A stretch of DNA of 33,708 bases from IMG/VR virus record IMGVR_UViG_3300025140_000014, positions 1-33,708 of that record, one strand, 5' to 3'. Positions 9,726 through 17,870 of this stretch are shown piece by piece. Position numbers and translations under genes: made by a program. The notes beneath the pieces were generated by a model that did no database searches, was not told the origin of the DNA, and worked only from the letters and a program-made list of their open reading frames with translations. Each line of letters begins with the position of its first letter. The first letter of the stretch is position 1. This DNA comes from a virus. Lineage: Duplodnaviria > Caudoviricetes.

Positions 9726-9743
9726 TCAATAAATCAAAGTATT

Positions 9744-10073
9744 ATGGAAAAAGTAACATTGAATGTGGAATTTTTATTTGCGCTGAATAGTAAGCGCGAA
9801 TGGATCAACCGGGTTCCGGCCATCCTGCCAGATAAGAAAAATAAGGCTGAAGCATGGGTATGGATCGATGTAAACGGGAATACACTGGCGATCGGTGAAG
9901 ACTTCGCTGCAGCCGAAAAAATGGAGTCATACCCGGTAAAGGTTTACCGTAAAATAAGGGTGGCTGAAGCTATTTTGAACATTGAGTTTTGCGATTGCTT
10001 GACTCCTATTAATATAAAGCATTATGGGCACTGTAATAATTGCGGACGAAAATTTCATAAGTCATACAAATGA
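9744..10073 (+). CDS. Hypothetical protein with C-terminal zinc-ribbon-like motif
   Basis: FCDC...HCNNCG. Confidence 0.7.
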   Translation: MEKVTLNVEFLFALNSKREWINRVPAILPDKKNKAEAWVWIDVNGNTLAIGEDFAAAEKMESYPVKVYRKIRVAEAILNIEFCDCLTPINIKHYGHCNNCGRKFHKSYK

Positions 10074-10411
10074 AACCAATTATGGAAAACCCAATTAAAA
10101 TGGCTGCAAGGCTTTACCAATGCCGGGACACGGCTAAAAGGTTCTTCAGAGATGAATACCAGGAGAAGCTCAAGCCCTATACTCATATTTTATCAGCAGT
10201 AATGAAGGCGAATAACCTTGACGAAATACCTGCCTTGCTTAAAATAAGCGAAACGCACACTTACCAGGATAATGCGATGGGCCAAATGATGTTCATGGCT
10301 GCTGTTGTTGAGATGATAGAGCCTTCAGAATGCCTGCACGATAGATATTGTGACCAGCAAACAAAGGATATGAAGTGCAAATCAAAATCAGGATGCAATT
10401 TCAAGGAATAA
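10070..10411 (+). CDS. Hypothetical protein with Cys-rich tail
   Basis: ATGA-coupled ORF. Confidence 0.7.
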   Translation: MKPIMENPIKMAARLYQCRDTAKRFFRDEYQEKLKPYTHILSAVMKANNLDEIPALLKISETHTYQDNAMGQMMFMAAVVEMIEPSECLHDRYCDQQTKDMKCKSKSGCNFKE

Positions 10412-10432
10412 TTAACTCATAACAACTTAAAA

Positions 10433-10924
10433 ATGAAATTCAAAGTATCAGAAGGAAATGAAACCTATGAAAAATTCATGGCATTAGGAGTTAAAATCAG
10501 CTTAGCCAATAAAGAATCCGAAGTTTTAGTTAAAAGTTTGGGAGGCAAAAGGTTTTGTAAAGGTCAAAACGTTGCATTTGGAGGAATTGCAGCAATTGAG
10601 TTTGACGAAAAACCGAAAGGCTGGAAAATGGTAGGCGAAGAATACCAAAAAATTTACTATCCAAAAGTGATCCTAAACAGCCTGATCAAAAGATTCAATG
10701 AACTTCCAACAATCAGTTACGATGAAATAAACGAAATAGTCAATTTTAATGCACCACAGACAATATGTTGTGATGGTGGTTTACAATGGGTTAGTTGTAT
10801 TGGATTGGTATGGGGGGAAGATTGTGTTTTATTATCCGTCCCTGATGGTGCAAAATATACGGCCCCAGCTGATGTAATTGAAATTCTGGAATCGGAATAT
10901 AATCGTTTATCTAACAATCAATAA
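10433..10924 (+). CDS. Hypothetical phage protein
   Basis: 163-aa operonic ORF. Confidence 0.7.
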   Translation: MKFKVSEGNETYEKFMALGVKISLANKESEVLVKSLGGKRFCKGQNVAFGGIAAIEFDEKPKGWKMVGEEYQKIYYPKVILNSLIKRFNELPTISYDEINEIVNFNAPQTICCDGGLQWVSCIGLVWGEDCVLLSVPDGAKYTAPADVIEILESEYNRLSNNQ

Positions 10925-10929
10925 ATACA

Positions 10930-11232
10930 ATGAAAACAATTGAACAAGCAGCAAGTGATTTTTCTAAAACTCGAAACAACGAGAAAGAAATTCAATTTAT
11001 CTTAGATGTTGAAGCTTTTAAACATGGTGTTGAATTTGCTCAAAGATGGATTTTACCAACTGAAGAATTGCCAGAACACAGAACAGTTGTTTTAGGAAAA
11101 GTTCCTATGATTAACTATCCACACCTCTTCTGTTACAATCAGATTAGCTCCAAATGGTACCACCTTGATGAAGGAGACTTTTTCGAGTCCGATACAATTC
11201 CAATCTGTTGGAGATACATAGAACGAAATTAA
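10930..11232 (+). CDS. DUF551-like protein
   Basis: AFKHGVEFAQRWILPTEELPE...CWRYI. Confidence 0.65.
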   Translation: MKTIEQAASDFSKTRNNEKEIQFILDVEAFKHGVEFAQRWILPTEELPEHRTVVLGKVPMINYPHLFCYNQISSKWYHLDEGDFFESDTIPICWRYIERN

Positions 11233-11242
11233 ATATCAGACA

Positions 11243-11518
11243 ATGAAAACAATTGAAGAAGTAGCATTTGGTCGCTATCTATCAGATCAAAGCTTACCGG
11301 CACATAAAAGGATGGACATTACCTGTTACATTGATTGGGCGCAGTTAGGTGCAAGAGAGGCCCAGCGATGGATTGATGTAAACGACAGGGATAATCCAAT
11401 GCCGGCGAACACCGACTTTCTGATTAAACTGGAAGATGGACAAATATTCAGGTATAACGAAGACTGGTCTGACGAAATGCAGTTAGTAACTCATTGGAGA
11501 CCATTTGAACGCCTATAA
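11243..11518 (+). CDS. DUF551-like protein (paralog of 10930-11232)
   Basis: AQRWIDVNDR...VTHWRP; same MKTIE start. Confidence 0.7.
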   Translation: MKTIEEVAFGRYLSDQSLPAHKRMDITCYIDWAQLGAREAQRWIDVNDRDNPMPANTDFLIKLEDGQIFRYNEDWSDEMQLVTHWRPFERL

Positions 11519-11569
11519 AACTACAGATAACCCAATAGTATATAATACAATCTATTTAAATTTAAAGCT

Positions 11570-11929
11570 ATGTTACACGCACGTAAAGATTACAATAGGA
11601 TTCAAGATCCTTCCGGAAAAATCGGAGAAGATGAACCGGTATTTCTACTCAGGGCCAAAGATGTGTTGGCACCGATATGTTTGATACTCTGGGCTGAAGA
11701 ACTAATTCATCGTGGTGGTGATAAGAAGATGGCCAATATGGTAGCAGAGCACGCTGCTAAGATGATTGATTGGCAAGAAAAGAATGGCTGTAGACTTCCA
11801 GACCTTCCAGTAGATTACATTAAAAAGGTAGATATACCTGCAATATCCATTAAGCAGGTTGATATCTGTTATAAAACAAACGAACCCTGCAAATATGGTT
11901 GTGAGGGGCTCTGTAAAGAAAGCAGTTAG
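11570..11929 (+). CDS. Conserved-looking phage hypothetical protein
   Basis: EDEPVFLLRAKDVLAP motif; Cys-rich tail. Confidence 0.7.
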   Translation: MLHARKDYNRIQDPSGKIGEDEPVFLLRAKDVLAPICLILWAEELIHRGGDKKMANMVAEHAAKMIDWQEKNGCRLPDLPVDYIKKVDIPAISIKQVDICYKTNEPCKYGCEGLCKESS

Positions 11930-11931
11930 TC

Positions 11932-12119
11932 GGCAGTACCACTAACCCAACACTATTCAATCCGATCATGTAGCCAGCCTGATCCCGCAAGGGTCAGGCT
12001 GTTTTAATACGTACCGGCCATGGCCGGTACACCGCGTGAATGATCATTGCGTGCGCAAGCAGGTATTATGTAGCGAAACAGACTTGGACTAGAAAAGTAG
12101 TTGGTTTGGGTGGGTCGCC
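11932..12119 (+). ncRNA. Candidate structured ncRNA or ssDNA hairpin element
   Basis: Multibranch fold by eye: outer imperfect stem, hairpin 11975-12001 (GCAA loop), 20-bp palindrome 12011-12030, TGC-GCAA-GCA hairpin. Confidence 0.45.
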
Positions 12120-12153
12120 CTTCCCCCTTAAACCCCAAATTTTCAATATATAT

Positions 12154-12432
12154 TTGTAACCTGTAACTTTATTTATAATATACGAAGAATCAAATAATTA
12201 CAGGGTTACAACTTGGTTACAACTTCAAAAAAAAACTGTAACTTTTTGAATTTGTAACCGAAGAGCACCTCCGGTTTTTCCCAATTTCCGCTCCGGTTAC
12301 AACTTTCACTGTTTTTGCACCCCTTTGAATTAACTGTTTTTCAATAGGTTACAAAACACCCCTAAAACAAGTTGTAACTTTGTAACCACTGTATATCAAA
12401 ATGTTGCAAGGGCAAAACAGGGCCGGTTACAA
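12154..12432. repeat. Iteron-like repeat cluster (GGTTACAA/TTGTAACC), candidate replication origin
   Basis: 11 copies of the GTTACA/TGTAAC core in both orientations in an AT-rich non-coding stretch. Confidence 0.7.
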
Positions 12433-12604
12433 ATTTTAGCCATTTTTTGATAAAATCTATGGGGTATGTTTTTTCAGTATCAATTTTTCATAATCCTAAA
12501 ACACCAGACAAATATTATTTTATTGTTATTTAAGCAAAATTTCATATCTTCGCATGTTCCCACCACAAACAGGGTTTTCATCAACCGTGAAACCCTATAC
12601 TCCT

Positions 12605-13120
12605 ATGAATACACGTCCGTCAATTACCATCTCGCTTTCTCCGCTGCTGCAATCCTATTGCCGGTTTGTTTTTAATTCGGATCCCAATGAGAAAGAGATC
12701 CGCCTTCGTCGAAACCACGACATCGCAAAATTGATACACTCAAATGTGATCGCCTTTGACAGATCAATGGTCCGGCCTTTCGAAGCCGATTCAATTACCT
12801 TTATTTTGGCACTGGATAATATTAATGAAACTGCATTGCGGTATCATTTTTTGCATGTCTCCAGATGGGGAGAACAGAAGATCACGGAAGGTATTGAATA
12901 CGAATTTAGACACTGGATTAAAAACTGCTTTGACAGAGGATACGAAAAAGGCTACCAGCAGAAGGTAATCATCGAAGCGATTCTCCGGGGCCTGAATGAC
13001 CGGAACAATTCCGCAAATTTCGACATGATTAAGAAAATCGACTACCGATATCGGCGTAAAGTGGAAGAAACACGGTTCAATGATCTCCTTAAAGAGTGTC
13101 AAATATTTGAATACCAATAA
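12605..13120 (+). CDS. Hypothetical protein, possible late-gene regulator; likely start MNTRPSIT
   Basis: ORF preceded by a TATCTTCG -7-like box at about 12546; basic helical C-terminus MIKKIDYRYRRK; located ahead of the structural module. Confidence 0.65.
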   Translation: MNTRPSITISLSPLLQSYCRFVFNSDPNEKEIRLRRNHDIAKLIHSNVIAFDRSMVRPFEADSITFILALDNINETALRYHFLHVSRWGEQKITEGIEYEFRHWIKNCFDRGYEKGYQQKVIIEAILRGLNDRNNSANFDMIKKIDYRYRRKVEETRFNDLLKECQIFEYQ

Positions 13121-13196
13121 TATATTACACACGAAATAAATGTTCCGATACTTTTTGCAAGATTGTTAACAATAATCATCGAAAAACCGATAGAAA

Positions 13197-13574
13197 ATGA
13201 ACAGCGCAGTAATCATAAAAATAGAATTCCGTTTTCCAAATGTTGAACTATTCACGCCGATCGATTATACCGGATTTTCGGCAAGTCTGACAGCGCAAAC
13301 AACTAAATCCTTTGCGGGAGTACTTCATACTGCCGTACTTCAGTTCCGGATTCCCAAATGTGATGCTGAAAAAGACCGGTTGATGTTATCACTCTCACAG
13401 CGACGTGCCATTTACCAGGCTACCGATGCAAACGGATGCGTTCACAAAATAGGTTCCTCAAAACTGGGAGCACTGTTATTGTATAACCGGACCATCGATG
13501 GAAAAGCGGGTGGCTTTAACGGTTATGAAGCGGTAATTACATTTAAATTTAAAGGGAGTCCGTTAATATCCTGA
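13197..13574 (+). CDS. Hypothetical protein preceding the head genes
   Basis: 125-aa beta-rich ORF. Confidence 0.7.
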   Translation: MNSAVIIKIEFRFPNVELFTPIDYTGFSASLTAQTTKSFAGVLHTAVLQFRIPKCDAEKDRLMLSLSQRRAIYQATDANGCVHKIGSSKLGALLLYNRTIDGKAGGFNGYEAVITFKFKGSPLIS

Positions 13575-13582
13575 AATTAAAA

Positions 13583-13619
13583 GTCCTTTAAATTGGCAAT
13601 TCACCAGAGTAACATTGTA
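13583..13619 (+). promoter_or_regulatory. Putative phage late promoter 1
   Basis: GTCCTTTAA...AACATTGTA; the motif recurs at 23353 and 32607. Confidence 0.6.
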
Positions 13620-13634
13620 AAAAATGATACTCAG

Positions 13635-14819
13635 ATGTTGAATTATCAGCTCATAAAATCTATTCTTTCCGAGCCCTGGGCAATCGACAGCCTGGCCATC
13701 GACACGATGAGCCCGCTTATTGCCGGCCTGTTCACTCCGAACATGGCATTTGAAGCATCTGAACCAATGCAGCCATCGGCATCAGCTTACGCCGATCCGA
13801 AATCGGGTACCACCAAAACCGTTCGCATTATTCCCATTCAGGGAAGTCTGACCAAGTATGATCAGAGTTGCGGACCAGTAGGAATGGCAACTGTAGGCAG
13901 ATGGATCCAGAGTGCCGATTCAAATCCTGATATTGATGCAATAGTTTTGTGCCTCGATTCTCCTGGTGGAACAGTATCCGGAACAGAGGAACTGGCAAAC
14001 ATCATCAAAGGAATTTCAAAACCAATTATTGCCTATGTTGAAGACATGGCTTGCTCAGCTGCTTACTGGCTGGCAAGTTGCTGTAATGAGGTAATTGCAA
14101 ATAATTCAACGGCACAGCTTGGCAGTATCGGTGTATTAATGTCGTTTGCCGATGCACAGCCCATGTGGGAAGCAAAGGGTGTGAAATTTCATACTGTCAC
14201 AGCTCCCCAGTCAACCGACAAAACAAAAACCTTTGAAGATCTTCGTGCCGGTAATTACGAGGAGTACAAAAACACAGTACTAGGTCCGCTGGCACAAAAG
14301 TTTATTGCTACAGTCCAGGGCAACCGTCCGGGAATAACCGATGCTCATTGTACCGGCAAGGTTTATTTTGCCCAGGACGCAATCGGATCGTTTGTCGATT
14401 CAATCGGAAACCTCGATTTTGCCGTCCAGCGTGCTGCCTCACTTGCTTCAGCACCTTCCGCTTCAGTAAATACCCCCAAAATTTTAAATATGAGTTACAA
14501 AAGACTTGCTACAGTAGCCGGTGTCGAAGCGTTTGAGAGCGCTGACGGCACCATCGCGCTCACTGATCAGATGGCTTTGGCTGTTGAGACTGCACTTGAG
14601 AGTGCAGAGGCAGAGCGAAACCATCTTACTGAGCGCACGACCGAACTTGGAACGGCTAATGGCCGTGTTCAGGAACTCGAAGCCCGCGTGGCTGAACTCG
14701 AAGGCGCTGCCGGTGCCGGAACTGCAAAAGTAATTGTGGACACCGATAAAGGCGCATCAGGTGAAACAACCTTCTGGGACCGCTTAAGTGCATGCCAGGA
14801 ACATTTAAAGAAATCTTAA
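13635..14819 (+). CDS. S49 (SppA-like) prohead protease with C-terminal scaffold region; likely start MLNYQLIK
   Basis: LDSPGGTV, MACSAAYWLAS and GSIGV motifs; coiled-coil C-terminus. Confidence 0.9.
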   Translation: MLNYQLIKSILSEPWAIDSLAIDTMSPLIAGLFTPNMAFEASEPMQPSASAYADPKSGTTKTVRIIPIQGSLTKYDQSCGPVGMATVGRWIQSADSNPDIDAIVLCLDSPGGTVSGTEELANIIKGISKPIIAYVEDMACSAAYWLASCCNEVIANNSTAQLGSIGVLMSFADAQPMWEAKGVKFHTVTAPQSTDKTKTFEDLRAGNYEEYKNTVLGPLAQKFIATVQGNRPGITDAHCTGKVYFAQDAIGSFVDSIGNLDFAVQRAASLASAPSASVNTPKILNMSYKRLATVAGVEAFESADGTIALTDQMALAVETALESAEAERNHLTERTTELGTANGRVQELEARVAELEGAAGAGTAKVIVDTDKGASGETTFWDRLSACQEHLKKS

Positions 14820-14831
14820 TTTTTTTGAGCA

Positions 14832-15779
14832 ATGATAAATATCAATCAAGCATTAATCGACGCCGGCAAACAGTTTAGGAAGGAACTTCTTACCATGCCG
14901 GTAGCTGTATTAAGCGACATGCTTCAATACATGACGCTTAGACAAGGCATTCAGGGCACAGTAGTCGGTGGAACATTAGACACCGATGCTCAGCTTAGAC
15001 CTTACCGCACTGCCAAAGATGCGACGGACAACACTACCATCGTTCCTTATGAATGGTCAACATTCCTGGGTGATGTGGTTAAAGAGTTCGACCCGAACGT
15101 GATCCTTGGTACGCTCTACACCGAAATGACCAACAAAAAACCTACCGAGCGCGAAATCGCGAAAATGGTTGCTTTAGAGATGGCAAAGAAAGTTGGTGAA
15201 GCATTATACGATGCATCTTTCACCGCAGTACGTAATGCTGTTGGCACTACCTCTGCCGATCTGTTCAATGGTTGGGCCACTCAATTGGCTGCCAAAATCA
15301 CAGCAGGAGAACTTACTACTGCAAAAGGTAACTATGTCGATGTATCGGTGACTGCTATTACTTCCGTTAATGTTGTAGATGTATTAAAGGATGCATGGCG
15401 CGGATTAAATCCTTTGCTGAAAAAGCAACGCCCAAATCTTTATCTTCCATATTCAGTTCTTGAAATGTACGAAGATGGTTTTTTTAATGAATTTGGTCAT
15501 GCTCCATGGAATACCGACTTTACTCAAAGGACGCTGATTGGATCTGACAATAGATGTAACTTTGTTCCTCTTGACAATATGGAGGGTACTGATAAGTTAA
15601 TCTTTACACTTCCAGGCAATATGCTTGTTGGTTGCGATCAGGACAGCGACAAAGAGGATGTTAAAATCCGCGAATGCGACAACCCAAAAATGGTTCAGTT
15701 CTTTATGATGGCCTATTATGGTGTTGGTTTCGATACTCTTGACAAGAGGTTTATGAAAGTAATGAAATACTCAGTTTAA
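14832..15779 (+). CDS. Major capsid protein
   Basis: 315 aa, directly after the protease; DLFNGW motif; HK97-like size and pattern. Confidence 0.75.
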   Translation: MININQALIDAGKQFRKELLTMPVAVLSDMLQYMTLRQGIQGTVVGGTLDTDAQLRPYRTAKDATDNTTIVPYEWSTFLGDVVKEFDPNVILGTLYTEMTNKKPTEREIAKMVALEMAKKVGEALYDASFTAVRNAVGTTSADLFNGWATQLAAKITAGELTTAKGNYVDVSVTAITSVNVVDVLKDAWRGLNPLLKKQRPNLYLPYSVLEMYEDGFFNEFGHAPWNTDFTQRTLIGSDNRCNFVPLDNMEGTDKLIFTLPGNMLVGCDQDSDKEDVKIRECDNPKMVQFFMMAYYGVGFDTLDKRFMKVMKYSV

Positions 15780-15789
15780 TCTCTGAAAT

Positions 15790-16368
15790 ATGATCTTCGA
15801 AAATCTATTATGGCCAGCCGGGAAAATAAACCCGTCTGGCATCAAGACTGAAGTTTACTTTATTGACAAGAGCTTCATTATTACCTGGCCTAAAATTATT
15901 GGCGCTCCGCTAACTGCTACTGATAACGTTACCTTAGCAGGTGACTTTGGACTTGTAGTAGGTAAAAAGTGGAATAGACTCTACACAACCCAGGGAAAAG
16001 GGAAAGTTGATTTTGAACCAATTGGAGAAAAGGATTGTAAAATGTTCAACAACAAAGGGACATTCAAATTTCCTGATATCAGCAACGAGGCCAAAAGCCT
16101 GGCGAAATCAGCTATCAACTCAAATGTCATTTTTATTGTGCCCCTTCCTCACGAAAGTGAAAAACGGTACATTGTACTTGGAGACGAAAACTATGACCTT
16201 GAAGTAACTGTAAAAGGCGATTCAGGCGATGCACCCGGATCCGCAAAGGGTATTACCATCGAGGTAACAGCCCCTGCCACTACCCCGCTCCCGAATTATG
16301 TCGGTGCATTGGTAACAGCAGAAGGCTCACTTGATATTGAAACCGGCGTATTTACCCCCACTGTATAG
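15790..16368 (+). CDS. Virion structural protein, probable major tail (tube) protein
   Basis: NPSGIKTEVYFI...YIVLGDE...GITIEV, beta-rich; followed by a terminator. Confidence 0.55.
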   Translation: MIFENLLWPAGKINPSGIKTEVYFIDKSFIITWPKIIGAPLTATDNVTLAGDFGLVVGKKWNRLYTTQGKGKVDFEPIGEKDCKMFNNKGTFKFPDISNEAKSLAKSAINSNVIFIVPLPHESEKRYIVLGDENYDLEVTVKGDSGDAPGSAKGITIEVTAPATTPLPNYVGALVTAEGSLDIETGVFTPTV

Positions 16369-16386
16369 ACACTATCAATTAAAATA

Positions 16387-16417
16387 AAGCCGGGGCCAAC
16401 GCTCCGGTTTTGTTTTT
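16387..16417 (+). terminator. Rho-independent terminator
   Basis: AAGCCGGGGC-caac-GCTCCGGTTT followed by TGTTTTT. Confidence 0.7.
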
Positions 16418-16429
16418 AAAACTGTGATT

Positions 16430-17200
16430 ATGACACCACATGAAGAAATAAAAGATTGGCTGGATTCTGAAACAAAGGATTTTGAAGCCGGTTATGTCTT
16501 GTTTGTACGATTCTCGCACAACCGGGCACTTGCGTTATACCTGGCACGGAAACACGATTTATTGAAGCTGACGTATGAGCTTCAAAAGATCAGCGACCGG
16601 CCCACACTGAAGGATGCTCCGGTTATGCCGATAGGTCCGATTTTGAAGATGGTTAAATCTTCCGGGGAGAAAGTAAACGGAATTACCGATGCCGGCAATG
16701 TAATCGACACTGCAGAGCAGAAGGTACGGATCATCAAGGATGGCAAAGTTCAGTATGATGATCTTCCGGAAGAGCTTAAAAAGCTGTACGACGAGAACAC
16801 TGCCAGTTATAAAAACATGCGTACGCTCCACGAACAGATGAAGCTCGCTAAAACCGACGAGGAACGGGCCGAAAAACGGGCTATCATCGACACGCTTGAT
16901 GATGGTATCACTGCCAACTGGAAAATCATTGATGACTGGGCTGCAGGGAAAATATCGGCTGATGATTTAGTGGCAGCAACCGGAGAGCAGGAAGAGTATA
17001 AACAGATCAATGCTGCCAGGACCTACCTTTCACGCAATATCTCTAAAATGGAAACGCTGAAAGATGAGAAGCACGAAAAGATGAAACTTGATCTTCGTAC
17101 CAGGGTAACATTTCTGAGATCGAAGAAAGCGGATATCAGTCTTGAAACGCTGGTTAAACTGGCCAAACATGGCGTCATCGACGAAACTGAATTGGGTTAA
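16430..17200 (+). CDS. Hypothetical helical phage protein
   Basis: About 256-aa ORF between the structural genes and terminase. Confidence 0.8.
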   Translation: MTPHEEIKDWLDSETKDFEAGYVLFVRFSHNRALALYLARKHDLLKLTYELQKISDRPTLKDAPVMPIGPILKMVKSSGEKVNGITDAGNVIDTAEQKVRIIKDGKVQYDDLPEELKKLYDENTASYKNMRTLHEQMKLAKTDEERAEKRAIIDTLDDGITANWKIIDDWAAGKISADDLVAATGEQEEYKQINAARTYLSRNISKMETLKDEKHEKMKLDLRTRVTFLRSKKADISLETLVKLAKHGVIDETELG

Positions 17201-17288
17201 CATTCACACGATGTGTTTGATATCCTGTCTGATAAATTCGAAAGAGCTGATAATTATCTTATCGGCTCTTTTGCTATTAAAACCCTGA

Positions 17289-17870
17289 ATGAGCCGAAAA
17301 CCCAATCTCGATAAGTTTCACGATGTGTTGTTCAACGATTTCGACGAACAGCAGCATCTTACGCCGGTTGAATGTGACCAGCTGAAGCGTTACCGGGCTG
17401 CCTATGCTCAATCACTCGAAAACCCGTCTATTCCCGACATCAAGTTGCGCGATTACCTGGTTAATGAATTTGGAATATCAACGACACAGGCTTATTGCGA
17501 TATTGCCAATATCAGGGTTTTACTTGGGAACGTTCGCAATGCCAGCAAAGAGTGGATGAGGTACCTGATCAATGAAACCCTGAAAGAAGCCATTGCAGCA
17601 TGTAAATTAACCGGCGACTGGAAAAAGGTAATTCTGGCTACAAACGTTTTGGGTAAATATAACAGACTGGACAAAGAAGATGCAACTGAATATCCCTGGG
17701 AAGAGATCCTTCCAACATCAATTGAGCCAACCAACGATGTGACGGTTCTGAAGGTGAAACCGCTTGCCAATAAAGAAGAGGAAATCCGAAAGATGTACGA
17801 AAAATACAAAGGTGAAATTGATATTGAAGATATTGGCTATGAGGAGGTAGATCATGAGCGAAACGATTGA
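17289..17870 (+). CDS. Putative terminase small subunit
   Basis: HTH-like EFGISTTQAYCDI; overlaps the terL start; acidic tail. Confidence 0.6.
   Translation: MSRKPNLDKFHDVLFNDFDEQQHLTPVECDQLKRYRAAYAQSLENPSIPDIKLRDYLVNEFGISTTQAYCDIANIRVLLGNVRNASKEWMRYLINETLKEAIAACKLTGDWKKVILATNVLGKYNRLDKEDATEYPWEEILPTSIEPTNDVTVLKVKPLANKEEEIRKMYEKYKGEIDIEDIGYEEVDHERND

Noticed and set aside
11975-12080. Hammerhead ribozyme (CTGA...GAAAC)
   Set aside because: CTGATCC does not match the CUGAnGA core and the stem topology does not fit.
12466-12675. 69-aa ORF next to the repeat cluster
   Set aside because: It has a low-complexity AT-rich translation and overlaps the promoter and start of the 12605 gene.
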